From Candidatus Omnitrophota bacterium (lineage in GTDB: Bacteria; Omnitrophota; Gorgyraeia; VGKH01): a DNA stretch of 53,083 nt. Under the pieces are notes generated by a model, which saw only the letters and a list, made by a program, of their open reading frames with translations, did not search any database and was not told the DNA's origin. Made by a program: the position numbers and the translations under genes. The stretch lies in contig VGKH01000004.1 of the NCBI GenBank assembly GCA_016867135.1, positions 1-53,083 on the forward strand, given 5' to 3'. Positions 7,749 through 17,724 of this stretch are shown here, one piece after another (the first letter of the stretch is position 1; each line of letters begins with the position of its first letter).

Positions 7749-9443
7749 ATGAATAAACAAGACTTAGGGAAAAGAAAAATTGCCTATTTTACCATGGAAG
7801 TGGGTTTTGATCCTAAAATGGCCACATATAGCGGCGGATTAGGGGTCCTGGCAGGAGATACTTTAAAATCCTGCGCGGATTTAGGAGTGTCGCTTATTGC
7901 CGTAACTCTACTTAATGAAAAAGGCTATTTTGCGCAAAAACTGGGCGCAGAAGGCGCCCAAGCAGAGGTTCCTGTAGACTGGCCCAAAGAGGAGTTTTTA
8001 ACGCTTTTGCCGGTACAGGTAAGCGTGAATATTGAAGATAGAGAAGTTAGAATCCGTGTTTGGGAATATATTGTAAAAGGAATCACCGGCGCAACTATCC
8101 CAGTTCATTTTCTGGATACTAACTTGCAGGAAAACTCCGAATACGACCGCGGCCTAACCAGTTTTCTTTACGGAGGCGACCAATGGTATCGCCTTTGTCA
8201 GGAGATAATCCTTGGCATAGGCGGCGTAAGAGCAATTGAGGCCATTGGCTATAAAAATATTGAAAAATACCATATGAACGAAGGCCATGCCAGCCTCTTG
8301 GCTCTGGAATTATTAGAGAGGACAAAAAAAGACGGCGAGCAAGACGTACATAAAAAATATGACCTTGAGTCTGTAAGAAATAAATGCATCTTTACCACGC
8401 ATACTCCCGTAGCTGCCGGGCATGACCGTTTTCCTCTTGATTTTGTAAAGAGAGCCCTGCGCAGCAACTTGCCTTTTGAAATGCCTGATATATTCATCCG
8501 GGATAACGAAATAAACATGACGTGGATTGCTTTGAATCTAAGCAAATATATAAACGGAGTAGCTAAGAAACACGGCGAAGTAACGCGGGAGATGTTTCCC
8601 GGTTATACCATAGATTCCATTACCAACGGTATTCATTTGTTGACCTGGGTGGCTACTTCGTTCAAAAAGCTTTACGATAAATATATCCCCGGATGGCAAT
8701 CAGATTATTTTTCCTTGCGTTACGCCTTGGGTATTCCTAAAGAGGAGATATTTCAGGCGCACTTTGAGGCAAAAAAAGAGCTCATTGATTATGTAAATGC
8801 CCGCGCAGGCGCTGGTATGGACTATGATACTTTTACCATAGGTTTTGCCCGGCGCGTTACGCCTTACAAAAGAGCGGACCTTTTGTTAACTGATATAAAC
8901 CGTTTAGTTGAAATTAATGATAAAGCAGGCAGGATACAAATCGTTTATGCGGGAAAGGCGCATCCTAGGGATGGCGGCGGGAAAGAGTTGATAAAAAAGA
9001 TATTTTCAAGGATTAAAGAGCTTAAACCCAAGATCAAGATCGCGTATCTTGAAAATTATGATATGACACAGGGGAAATTAATTACCAGCGGCGTTGACCT
9101 CTGGTTGAATAATCCCCTCCCGCCGCAGGAGGCATCAGGCACAAGCGGGATGAAGGCCTGTCTTAACGGCGTGCCGAACTTAAGCGTTCTTGATGGTTGG
9201 TGGATAGAGGGGTGTATTGAGAATGTCACCGGCTGGGCGATTGGCACTCTGCAAACTCAGGGCAGAGATAGCGCGCAGGATGCCCGGGATTTATACCAGA
9301 AATTAGAGAAGATAATTCTCCCGATGTTCTATAATGAGAAAGATAAATGGTTTGATATTATGCGGCATGCAATTGCCTTGAACGCCTCATTTTTTAATAC
9401 CCAGAGAATGGTTCAGGAGTATGTGTTAAATGCTTATTTATAA
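7749..9443 (+). CDS. glgP: Alpha-glucan phosphorylase
   Basis: YSGGLGVLAGD, HMNEGH and EASGTSGMK (PLP lysine). Confidence 0.93.
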   Translation: MNKQDLGKRKIAYFTMEVGFDPKMATYSGGLGVLAGDTLKSCADLGVSLIAVTLLNEKGYFAQKLGAEGAQAEVPVDWPKEEFLTLLPVQVSVNIEDREVRIRVWEYIVKGITGATIPVHFLDTNLQENSEYDRGLTSFLYGGDQWYRLCQEIILGIGGVRAIEAIGYKNIEKYHMNEGHASLLALELLERTKKDGEQDVHKKYDLESVRNKCIFTTHTPVAAGHDRFPLDFVKRALRSNLPFEMPDIFIRDNEINMTWIALNLSKYINGVAKKHGEVTREMFPGYTIDSITNGIHLLTWVATSFKKLYDKYIPGWQSDYFSLRYALGIPKEEIFQAHFEAKKELIDYVNARAGAGMDYDTFTIGFARRVTPYKRADLLLTDINRLVEINDKAGRIQIVYAGKAHPRDGGGKELIKKIFSRIKELKPKIKIAYLENYDMTQGKLITSGVDLWLNNPLPPQEASGTSGMKACLNGVPNLSVLDGWWIEGCIENVTGWAIGTLQTQGRDSAQDARDLYQKLEKIILPMFYNEKDKWFDIMRHAIALNASFFNTQRMVQEYVLNAYL

Positions 9444-9513
9444 ACCCAGTTAGAAATAGTCCCGACGGCTGTCGGGATGTTAATATTGAAACTGGAGAGA
9501 TTTCTGACGGGGT
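9444..9513. repeat. MITE-like palindromic element
   Basis: ACCCAGTTAGAAAT...ATTTCTGACGGGGT imperfect terminal inverted repeats, with inner hairpin CCCGAC-GGCT-GTCGGG. Confidence 0.6.
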
Positions 9514-9542
9514 AAATAAGCTAGGCGCTTTGAAAGGATTAT

Positions 9543-10562
9543 GTGGTTAAGACTAAGATAATCTGCACGCTTGGGCCCGCGTCATCAAGCGAGACTATAA
9601 TTAGGAAAATGATGCTTGCGGGCATGGATGTCGCCCGCCTGAACTTCTCTCACGGTAAACTGCAGGAACTGGTTCATAGAATAGGCCTTATCCGGATTTT
9701 GAACGCCAAATACCGCAGGCGCATCAATCTTCTTGGCGATCTTCAAGGCCATCGAATAAGGATAGGCGAACTCGCCGCTCCATTAGAGATTAGAAAGCGC
9801 CAGATAGTTTGGCTCATCCAGCAAAAGATAAAAGGCGAAGATGGAAATATACCTTTTGATTACCGGGGATCGTTGCGCAGTATTAAGAACGGCCATCAAA
9901 TATTCATAGACGATGGCAATATCGCTTTAGAGGTAATTGGTCGGTCTAGGCACAGCCTGAAGACCAGAGTTATAGCCGGCGGCCTATTAAAGAAACACAA
10001 GGGCGTAAATATCCCGCAGGCAAGGCTTGAATTCGGCGGTATCAGCCTGAAGGATATACAGGATATATCTTTTTGCGAAGAGCATGGCGTGGAATACATC
10101 GCTCAGTCCTTTGTGCGCACGAAAAAGGATATTTTAGATGTAAGAAAATTGCTAAAGCCAGGCTCGCAGTGCCGTGTTATCGCTAAGATCGAGTGCAGAG
10201 AAGGAATAAAGAATATCGATGAGATAATTAGGGTTTCCGACGGTATTATGATCGCGCGCGGGGATATGGGAGTGTCGCTGCCAATCTATGAAATTCCCAT
10301 TATTCAGAAGATGGTCATAAAAAAATGTAACCGCGCCAAGAAATTTGTGGTTACCGCGACGCAGATGCTTGAGAGTATGGTTGAAAACCTTCGTCCTAAT
10401 CGCGCAGAGGTAACAGACGTAGCTAACGCCATAATTGACGGCACTGATTTTGTCATGCTTTCGGCAGAATCAGCCGCGGGAAAATACCCCGTTGAGGCGG
10501 TTACCATGATGAATAATATAATAAAGTTTACGGAGAGATATCTAAACAAATCAGTTTTATAA
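9543..10562 (+). CDS. pyk: Pyruvate kinase lacking the C-terminal domain
   Basis: [27 protein letters not shown] and ATQMLESM; only 339 aa. Confidence 0.9.
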   Translation: MVKTKIICTLGPASSSETIIRKMMLAGMDVARLNFSHGKLQELVHRIGLIRILNAKYRRRINLLGDLQGHRIRIGELAAPLEIRKRQIVWLIQQKIKGEDGNIPFDYRGSLRSIKNGHQIFIDDGNIALEVIGRSRHSLKTRVIAGGLLKKHKGVNIPQARLEFGGISLKDIQDISFCEEHGVEYIAQSFVRTKKDILDVRKLLKPGSQCRVIAKIECREGIKNIDEIIRVSDGIMIARGDMGVSLPIYEIPIIQKMVIKKCNRAKKFVVTATQMLESMVENLRPNRAEVTDVANAIIDGTDFVMLSAESAAGKYPVEAVTMMNNIIKFTERYLNKSVL

Positions 10563-10591
10563 CCTTCAGATTTAACTATGGACAGGGAAAA

Positions 10592-13306
10592 ATGATAAAA
10601 TTAGAATGGTATCAGCAAACAATAGAAGAAGTTTTTTCGCATCTTCAAACGAGTAGAGCCGGGCTTGCCGATCAAGAGGCGAAGGCAAGGCTGGATAAAT
10701 ATGGTTTGAATCAGTTGTTGTCAAAAAAGAAGGAAAGCAGGCTGTTAATTTTTATTAAGCAATTCAAAAGCCCGCTTATATATATTCTTTTATTCGCCGC
10801 TTTGGTTTCATTGTTTGTCGGTAAGACCACCAATGCCTTAGTTATACTTTTTGTGTTGGGCTCTAACGCGGTAATGGGTTTTATACAGGAATCAAGGGCG
10901 CAAAGCACCATGGATTCACTTAAGGAGTTATCATCGCCAAAGGCTAAAATAATTCGTTCGGGCGAGATAAAGGAGATACCCACAAAGGAAATTGTCCCGG
11001 GAGATATAGTTTTAGTGGAGTCGGGGAGCAAGGTTCCAGCGGATGCGCGGGTTATTGAATCTGTAAGACTGCAGGTTGATGAATCCGCTCTTACCGGTGA
11101 ATCACAGTCGGTATATAAGGTTGTCGATTCAATTAAGCTGGAAACCACGGTCGCCGATAGATTAAATATGCTTTTTGCCGGGACGGTTATTGCTTCAGGC
11201 CGGGGCAAAGCCGTGGTTGTCTCTACTGGGATGGACACGGAGATCGGCAAAATAGCCACCATTATTCAATCGGCGCCGGAAGTCAAAACTCCATTTCAAC
11301 TTCGCATGGAGGCTTTTGGCAAGATTATCATTTTTATAGTGTTGGCGCAGGTGACTTTTGCGTTTTTAGTAGGTTGGTTTATCAGGCGCCTACCGTTTTA
11401 TGAAATATTCATGGTTGTTTTAAGCCAGACCGTTTCTTCTATTCCTGAAGGCCTGCCCGTGGCAGTAACAGTGGCTTTGGCTGTGGGTATGCAGAGAATG
11501 GCAAAAAGAAAAGCATTCGTTAGAAAACTTGCGGCGGTGGAGGGGCTGGGCAGCGCTACTTTTATCTGTAGCGATAAAACCGGGACCCTCACGCAGAATG
11601 AGATGACCTCCCGACGCATAGCCACGATGGACCAAATAATAGAAATAACCGGAGCAGGATATGATACCCAAGGTGAATTCTTAATTGACGGCAATAAGAT
11701 AGAGCCGCTCAAGAATAGAGAGATAGAGTTGCTGCTTACGGTAGCCTCTCTTTGCAATAATGCTCAATGGAAAACGAGCAGGGATAATAACAGTAGGTTA
11801 GAAACTTCAGGAGATCCCACTGAAATTGCGTATCTGGCGGCGGCAGTTAAATCAGGGATTAATTTAGAAGAACTTAACGCGCGATTTCCTCGGATTGACG
11901 AGATTCCTTTTGAATCCCATATCCAGATGATGGCAACTAAGCATAAGGGCGGCGATAATAAAAAGATGATATGCGTTAAGGGCGCTCCGGAAAAGATTGT
12001 AGAAATATGCGGTTATTATCTTAAAGACGGCAAAGTAACGGAATTAACAGATCCTTTGCGCGAAGAAATATTATTAAGCTCGGAGAGAATGGCAAAGGAT
12101 GCGCTCAGGGTTTTGGTTTTCGGTTTTAGCGAAGATGATAATGCACAGAGCGGTAAATTTGATTGGGATTTTTTAAAAAGAAAAATAATTTTTACTGGTT
12201 TAATCGGGAATATTGACCCGCCGCGGCAGGAAGCCAAAAAGGCAATTGGGATATGTAAAAACGCAGGCATCAAGATAATTATGATTACCGGAGACCATTT
12301 ATCCACCGCTGAAGCGGTGGCGCTCGAATTGGGAATAAGAGAAAAAGGAGACGAAGGCATTGTCGGAGATTTATTAAACCATATGACCGACGAGGAATTA
12401 GATGGCGCGGTAAAGAATTTTACGGTCTTTGCCAGAATCGAGCCAAAACATAAGTATCGGATTGTCAAGGCGCTGCAGAGGCAGAATGAAGTAGTGGCAA
12501 TGACTGGCGACGGAGTAAACGACGCTCCGGCTTTAGCGGCGGCAGATATCGGCGTGGCGATGGGTATTACAGGTACGGACGTGGCTAAGGAATCGAGCAG
12601 CATGGTTATTGCCGATGATAATTTTGCCACTATTGTGGATGCGATTGAAGAAGGCCGAGGCATAACCGCTAATATGCGTAAGACAATACTCTATCTACTT
12701 TGTTCCAGCACCACTGAGATTTTGGTTTTAATAAGTACCTTGGCAATAGGTGCGCCTTTGCCGTTATTTGCCTTACAGATTTTATGGATAAATCTTATTA
12801 CGGATGGGGCTCTTACGGTTAACTTAATTATGGAGCCAAAAGAAGATGTAATGAGTCATCCTCCGGACAAGAAAAAAGAGCCTTTATTAACTAAGAGACT
12901 AATAAAATTGCTGTTGTTCCGCGCCCCCATTATGGCGGCGGGAATAGTCGGTCTTTTTATTTATGAAATAAACAGAGGTATGCCTTTAGTCTATTGCCGT
13001 AGCGTTGCCTTTACAACCCTAGCAGTCACGCAATGGCTAAACGGGGTTAACTGCCGTTCCGATACAAAGTCTATCTTTAAAATTCCGTTTTTAGGCAATA
13101 AATATTTACTTTTCGGCCTGGCATTGGCAATAATCCTGCAACTAGCGGTTCTTTATATGCCTTTTCTTCAGAATATCTTTTCTACTGTTATGCTTAGCCT
13201 GACAGACTGGGTTAAAATTATAATAGTGGGCAGCATCGTATTCTGGTTAGAAGAGATAAGGAAATTTATAGCTAATGTCCGTCTCTCTACGGCGGACAAA
13301 AAGTAA
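10592..13306 (+). CDS. Type II cation-transporting P-type ATPase
   Basis: TGES, PEGL, DKTGT and GDGVND motifs. Confidence 0.93.
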   Translation: MIKLEWYQQTIEEVFSHLQTSRAGLADQEAKARLDKYGLNQLLSKKKESRLLIFIKQFKSPLIYILLFAALVSLFVGKTTNALVILFVLGSNAVMGFIQESRAQSTMDSLKELSSPKAKIIRSGEIKEIPTKEIVPGDIVLVESGSKVPADARVIESVRLQVDESALTGESQSVYKVVDSIKLETTVADRLNMLFAGTVIASGRGKAVVVSTGMDTEIGKIATIIQSAPEVKTPFQLRMEAFGKIIIFIVLAQVTFAFLVGWFIRRLPFYEIFMVVLSQTVSSIPEGLPVAVTVALAVGMQRMAKRKAFVRKLAAVEGLGSATFICSDKTGTLTQNEMTSRRIATMDQIIEITGAGYDTQGEFLIDGNKIEPLKNREIELLLTVASLCNNAQWKTSRDNNSRLETSGDPTEIAYLAAAVKSGINLEELNARFPRIDEIPFESHIQMMATKHKGGDNKKMICVKGAPEKIVEICGYYLKDGKVTELTDPLREEILLSSERMAKDALRVLVFGFSEDDNAQSGKFDWDFLKRKIIFTGLIGNIDPPRQEAKKAIGICKNAGIKIIMITGDHLSTAEAVALELGIREKGDEGIVGDLLNHMTDEELDGAVKNFTVFARIEPKHKYRIVKALQRQNEVVAMTGDGVNDAPALAAADIGVAMGITGTDVAKESSSMVIADDNFATIVDAIEEGRGITANMRKTILYLLCSSTTEILVLISTLAIGAPLPLFALQILWINLITDGALTVNLIMEPKEDVMSHPPDKKKEPLLTKRLIKLLLFRAPIMAAGIVGLFIYEINRGMPLVYCRSVAFTTLAVTQWLNGVNCRSDTKSIFKIPFLGNKYLLFGLALAIILQLAVLYMPFLQNIFSTVMLSLTDWVKIIIVGSIVFWLEEIRKFIANVRLSTADKK

Positions 13307-13373
13307 CGTTTTATTTCTCCAATAGTTACACAATTCCCGGCCAAGAAATAAGGGACAAATAAGACACTTCGAT

Positions 13374-13458
13374 CCTTCAATTTCACTTCCCTCGCTTTGC
13401 TCGGGATGGTTCGACTTCGCTCACCATTGTCCTGAGCAAACTAAGTGCGTCGAAGGAC
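13374..13458. repeat. Nested REP-like palindromic repeats
   Basis: TGGTTCGACTTCGCTCACCA and CCTGAGC...GTCGAAGGA; CTTCCCTCGCTTTGCTCGGGA shared with about 46747. Confidence 0.6.
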
Positions 13459-13710
13459 AATTTTTGCGCCTTTACGTCGCTGATATCTGCCAGAAATTGC
13501 CGATCTAAATCTCAATAATTATTGTAATAGGGCTAATATTCGGTATAATTTACTTAGCAATTTTAGATGGCTTTACTTTTCTCAGCGTTGATAGGGGAGT
13601 GGTTCGACTTGGTTCGAACCATCCTGAGCGAGCGAGGTGAGTCAATTTATTTATAACCGAGCGAGTCGAAGGACCAATTAATCCTATCTCTTTGGCAAAT
13701 TAGATAGGAT

Positions 13711-13747
13711 AAAAGCCCTGATTAGAACAGCTAATCAGGGCTTTTTT
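13711..13747 (+). terminator. Intrinsic terminator
   Basis: AAAAGCCCTGATTAG/CTAATCAGGGCTTTT perfect stem. Confidence 0.75.
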
Positions 13748-13791
13748 ATGTGTTTAGGTTTTTTGTATATTCCGCCAAAAGGACATTTCAT

Positions 13792-13897
13792 TTGACAGGA
13801 AGCCAAAGTATGATATAATAAAACTGGAGTTAGCAAAGAAAAGAGATTAGAAGTCATATGCCGGAAGGTTAAGATTCCTAACCTTGCGGCTTTTTTT
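13792..13897 (+). promoter_or_regulatory. Promoter and leader terminator (attenuator)
   Basis: TTGACA-16-TATAAT with TG; hairpin at 13860-13890 followed by T7, before the ATG. Confidence 0.6.
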
Positions 13898-13928
13898 GGG
13901 TCTAAAGAAGGTTTCCCACTCCAAAACT

Positions 13929-15245
13929 ATGAAAATAATACTTATTGAACCCAGGGCAACAGAGGCAAATGTATATAGTAAAATGCATATGCCGCTTTTG
14001 GGCCCGGTATATTTAGGGACTATCCTCAAGAACGCAGGGCACTCGGTTCGTATCTACAATGAGAATATATACACACCGGATTATTCTAAGTTGGATGTTG
14101 ACCTTGTTGGTATTTCGATTTTGACCAATACAGCCAAAAGGGGATACGATATAGCCAGGAAATTTCCCAAGGAAAAGGTAATTATGGGTGGAGTTCATGC
14201 CAGTCTTCTGCCGGAAGAGTCATTGGATTTTGCTAGGCAGGTGGTTGTGGGCGAAGCCGAAGAAGTCATTGTTGATATCGCCGAAGGCAGGATCAAAGAT
14301 GCTATTGTCTACGGTAAGCGAGTCGAGGATTTAGATACTTTGCCGCATCCGGATTTTTCTTTAATCCAAAGATATAAATTTCCCGCTTCCGTCACTCCGA
14401 TATCTACTTCGCGAGGTTGTCCATTTGATTGCAGTTTTTGTTCAGTGACTAAACTATTTGGCCGCGAATACCGCTTCCGTAGTCCGGAAAAGATATTAGA
14501 AGAGCTGCATTCCCGCGATACAAAGAATTTTTTCTTCTGCGACGATAATTTTACCGCTCATCCAAAGAGGACGCGGGATCTTTTGGGTCTAATGCTAAAG
14601 AATAGAATCAGCAAGTGGACATGCCAGGTGCGTACCGATGCGGCAAAAGACGAAGAACTGCTTAATCTTATGGCAAAGGCCGGTTGCGGTGTTGTCTGCG
14701 TGGGTTTTGAATCTGTTAATAGCAAAACGCTTCAGGCCTATCAAAAGAGACAGACTGTTAGCGATATCATTAATGCCATCCGTTCTTTTCACAAAAAGAA
14801 GATTAAAATTCATGGGATGTTTGTTTTGGGTGGCGATGACGATAATAAAAGTACTATATGGGAGACGGTTAAGTTTGCGATTAAACAGAGGATAGATACC
14901 ATTCAGATGATGATTCTTACACCGCTCCCCGGCACAAAGGTATACGATGAGCTGCAGAAGCAAAAAAGGATTTTTAGCAGGGATTGGAATCTTTATGATG
15001 GCCAGCATATTGTTTTTTCCCCGAAATTATTGTCAGCCAGAGAACTGCAGGTAAATGTAATGAAAGCCTACGAGAGATTTTACTCTTTGTACAGATCGTT
15101 TTTTCTGCTTTTGCGTTTTCGTTTCAGAAATGGGGCTTTTCGCCTCATGGGTCATTACTTGATAAAAAAATGGTTAGAGCGTAATCATAAAATGTCTTGG
15201 TTGCCGCATCCTCAAATAGTTCCAGGGCAAGAGAGGCTCGCATGA
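13929..15245 (+). CDS. B12-binding domain radical SAM protein
   Basis: MGGVHASL; SRGCPFDCSFC (CxxxCxxC); DDNF; likely start MKIILIEP. Confidence 0.9.
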   Translation: MKIILIEPRATEANVYSKMHMPLLGPVYLGTILKNAGHSVRIYNENIYTPDYSKLDVDLVGISILTNTAKRGYDIARKFPKEKVIMGGVHASLLPEESLDFARQVVVGEAEEVIVDIAEGRIKDAIVYGKRVEDLDTLPHPDFSLIQRYKFPASVTPISTSRGCPFDCSFCSVTKLFGREYRFRSPEKILEELHSRDTKNFFFCDDNFTAHPKRTRDLLGLMLKNRISKWTCQVRTDAAKDEELLNLMAKAGCGVVCVGFESVNSKTLQAYQKRQTVSDIINAIRSFHKKKIKIHGMFVLGGDDDNKSTIWETVKFAIKQRIDTIQMMILTPLPGTKVYDELQKQKRIFSRDWNLYDGQHIVFSPKLLSARELQVNVMKAYERFYSLYRSFFLLLRFRFRNGAFRLMGHYLIKKWLERNHKMSWLPHPQIVPGQERLA

Positions 15246-15385
15246 AGAAAGTAAAGACTTCCTGCAAGGGGAGAAAATGTAAATATCCATTTTGTAAAGC
15301 ACTCCTTAGTATTTATAACCACGGCCTATATTGCCATATACATACCGGAATGTTATTGGAAAAAGGCAAATTAAAACCAGCGTAA
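15242..15385 (+). CDS. Small putative Zn-binding protein (47 aa)
   Basis: ATGA overlap with the upstream stop; C-x4-C-x12-C-x2-H. Confidence 0.6.
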   Translation: MKKVKTSCKGRKCKYPFCKALLSIYNHGLYCHIHTGMLLEKGKLKPA

Positions 15386-15404
15386 TTGCAAGATAGGATA
15401 ATTT

Positions 15405-15437
15405 ACCCTCCGTAACAAAATGTTGCGGAGGGTTTTT
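15405..15437 (+). terminator. Intrinsic terminator
   Basis: ACCCTCCGTAACA/TGTTGCGGAGGGT plus T-run. Confidence 0.7.
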
Positions 15438-15461
15438 GTTTAGGGTAGAATATAAAAACAT

Positions 15462-16433
15462 ATGAACGTTTTTTATCCGATTCAAATACTTTCAGATTGG
15501 TTAACATTTCAAGTTTTCTCCATTCCTCAGGATACATTGCTTGCTACTGCGGTGAACTTCTTTATATTTGATACGATAAAGATTTTTCTTTTACTTATCG
15601 TGATAATCTTTTGCGTATCGATTATCCGTTCATTCTTACCCCCGGTGAAAATAAAAAACATGCTTTCCCATAAAACAACTTATATTGGCAATATCTTGGC
15701 AGGATTATTTGGTATCATTACGCCATTTTGTACCTGTAGCGCCATTCCGTTATTCCTGGGTTTTCTGGAGGCAGGCGTGCCTTTAGGCGTGACATTTTCT
15801 TTCCTGGTTTCTTCTCCTATGATTAACGAAGTGGCATTGATTTTACTCTTTGGAATATTCGGCTTAAAAATAGCATTATTGTATATTATAAGCGGGCTTA
15901 TCATTGCAATAGTATCGGGGATGATCATCGGGAAGTTAAAAATGGAAGGCTTAGTTGAACATATTGCTTATAGCAAGTCATTTACGGCTTCACAGTCCTT
16001 AAATGTTGTGTGGAGCTGGCCATACAGGATTAGATATGCTAGAGAATATACCGCGACAATAATCAAAAATATTTGGCTCTATATCATTATCGCTATCGGA
16101 ATAGGCGCCTGGATTCACGGTTACGTGCCCAGCGATTTTCTAGCCAGATACGCCGGTGCAGATAAATGGTATGCTGTGCCAGTGGCTACTCTTATCGGTA
16201 TTCCACTTTATTCTAATGCTGCAGGCGTTATTCCTCTGGTAAGCGTTTTGACTGAAAAAGGCGTTAGTTTGGGTACAACTTTAGCTTTTATGATGGCAGT
16301 AACCGCGCTTTCCCTCCCGGAATTTATGATTTTAAGAAAAGTCATGAAAATAAGATTGCTGGCGATATTCGCCAGCATCGTGGGAGCCGGGATTATTTTT
16401 ACTGGCTATTTGTTTAATTATATTATAAAATAG
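15462..16433 (+). CDS. DUF318/ArsP-type permease
   Basis: TPFCTCSAIP, SSPMINE and GIPLYSN motifs. Confidence 0.88.
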   Translation: MNVFYPIQILSDWLTFQVFSIPQDTLLATAVNFFIFDTIKIFLLLIVIIFCVSIIRSFLPPVKIKNMLSHKTTYIGNILAGLFGIITPFCTCSAIPLFLGFLEAGVPLGVTFSFLVSSPMINEVALILLFGIFGLKIALLYIISGLIIAIVSGMIIGKLKMEGLVEHIAYSKSFTASQSLNVVWSWPYRIRYAREYTATIIKNIWLYIIIAIGIGAWIHGYVPSDFLARYAGADKWYAVPVATLIGIPLYSNAAGVIPLVSVLTEKGVSLGTTLAFMMAVTALSLPEFMILRKVMKIRLLAIFASIVGAGIIFTGYLFNYIIK

Positions 16434-16454
16434 AATTGTAGAAAGGAGGTTCTT

Positions 16455-16736
16455 ATGAAGAAGAGGGGTATATATATTTTATGGATAATCTTGCTGATAG
16501 TATTTTTGCTTCTAATGATAAAGATAATGCCGGGTTGTAATCAAAAGACTTCCTGCGTAAGAGAAGGGTTCGAAGTAATTCATGTCCCTACAATTGTTCC
16601 GCAACAGAAGCCATCAAAAACCCGGATCATAGAAAGAAGAATTAATAGCGGCAACGCGGGTTATTTTGTCCTCGACAAAGAATATGTATATTTTGGAATA
16701 AGCAAAACTATTAGCGAGGAAATACCTGTAAGATAA
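16455..16736 (+). CDS. Hypothetical protein with N-terminal TM
   Basis: Strong SD AAGGAGGT; hydrophobic N-terminus. Confidence 0.55.
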   Translation: MKKRGIYILWIILLIVFLLLMIKIMPGCNQKTSCVREGFEVIHVPTIVPQQKPSKTRIIERRINSGNAGYFVLDKEYVYFGISKTISEEIPVR

Positions 16737-16773
16737 CGTAGTAGCTAATTTATAAACGAAAGAGGAGGTGGAT

Positions 16774-17097
16774 GTGTCAATTATCAAAGAATTCAAGGAG
16801 TTCGCGGTAAAGGGTAATGCGGTAGATATGGCAGTAGGTATTATCATCGGAGCTTCATTCGGTAAAATTGTCAGCTCCATGGTAAACGACGTAATTATGC
16901 CGCCGATAGGATTGTTGCTCGGAGGTGTCGATTTTAAGAATCTAAAAGTTATTCTTAAGGCAGCGACCGTTGACGCGCCAGCAGTTACACTAAATTACGG
17001 CCAATTCATCAACACCGTGCTTGATTTTCTTATTGTGGCATTCTCGATTTTTCTAGTGGTAAAAGGTATTAACACTTTAAAGAAGGCAAAGACATAA
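16774..17097 (+). CDS. mscL: Large-conductance mechanosensitive channel
   Basis: [24 protein letters not shown] and NYGQFIN; GTG start after GAGGAGG. Confidence 0.93.
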   Translation: MSIIKEFKEFAVKGNAVDMAVGIIIGASFGKIVSSMVNDVIMPPIGLLLGGVDFKNLKVILKAATVDAPAVTLNYGQFINTVLDFLIVAFSIFLVVKGINTLKKAKT

Positions 17098-17119
17098 ATA
17101 GTTTTTTAAGCATTTTCTT

Positions 17120-17160
17120 AAACCCCTTGTAACAAAATAGGTTGCAAGGGGTTTTTATTT
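17120..17160 (+). terminator. Intrinsic terminator
   Basis: AAACCCCTTGTAAC/GTTGCAAGGGGTTT. Confidence 0.7.
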
Positions 17161-17226
17161 CAAGTATAATAAACCAAGGTAGTTAGAGAATCTAAGTCAA
17201 GTTCGATTTTATTAACAGGAGGGATA

Positions 17227-17691
17227 ATGGAAAATCTTGAACCGATTCTAAGGCAGCACTCGTTTTTTAAAGACTTGCCAGAAGAATATTTTAATTTCAT
17301 TTTAGGTTGCACTTCTCATGTATTCTTTAAGGCAGGAGAAGTTATGTTGAAAGAGAATACGTCCGCAGATAAATTCTATTTGGTAAGAAGCGGCCATGTC
17401 GCGTTATATATAGCTGAACCCAGAGAGATTACCATTCAGACCATCGGCGAAAACGATATCCTGGGATGGTCGTGGCTTGTCCCACCGTATCGTTACCGAT
17501 TTAGTGCTAAGGCCTTGGAAAATTCCCGTTTGCTGGCACTGGATGGCAAATGCCTAAGAGAAAAATGCGAGAAGAATGCCGATTTAGGCTATGAGCTGAT
17601 GAAAAGGCTGGTTAAAATTTTCGCAGAGCGATTAGAGGCAGCCAGGCTACAGCTTATAGATATCTACAATATCAATGTTGAGGGAAAATAG
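17227..17691 (+). CDS. Stand-alone cyclic nucleotide-binding domain protein
   Basis: FYLVRSGHV and GENDILGWSWL; no HTH. Confidence 0.85.
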   Translation: MENLEPILRQHSFFKDLPEEYFNFILGCTSHVFFKAGEVMLKENTSADKFYLVRSGHVALYIAEPREITIQTIGENDILGWSWLVPPYRYRFSAKALENSRLLALDGKCLREKCEKNADLGYELMKRLVKIFAERLEAARLQLIDIYNINVEGK

Positions 17692-17724
17692 CTTTGTTCA
17701 CCAAATTAGTATAATTAAGTAAAT

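Noticed and set aside
10711-12663. Long antisense ORFs inside the P-type ATPase (and similar ones in other genes)
   Set aside because: They are shadow frames of well-supported genes with no recognisable motifs.
13590-13625. tRNA suggested by GGTTCGACT / GGTTCGAACC
   Set aside because: No cloverleaf can be formed; the motifs belong to the REP-like repeat family.
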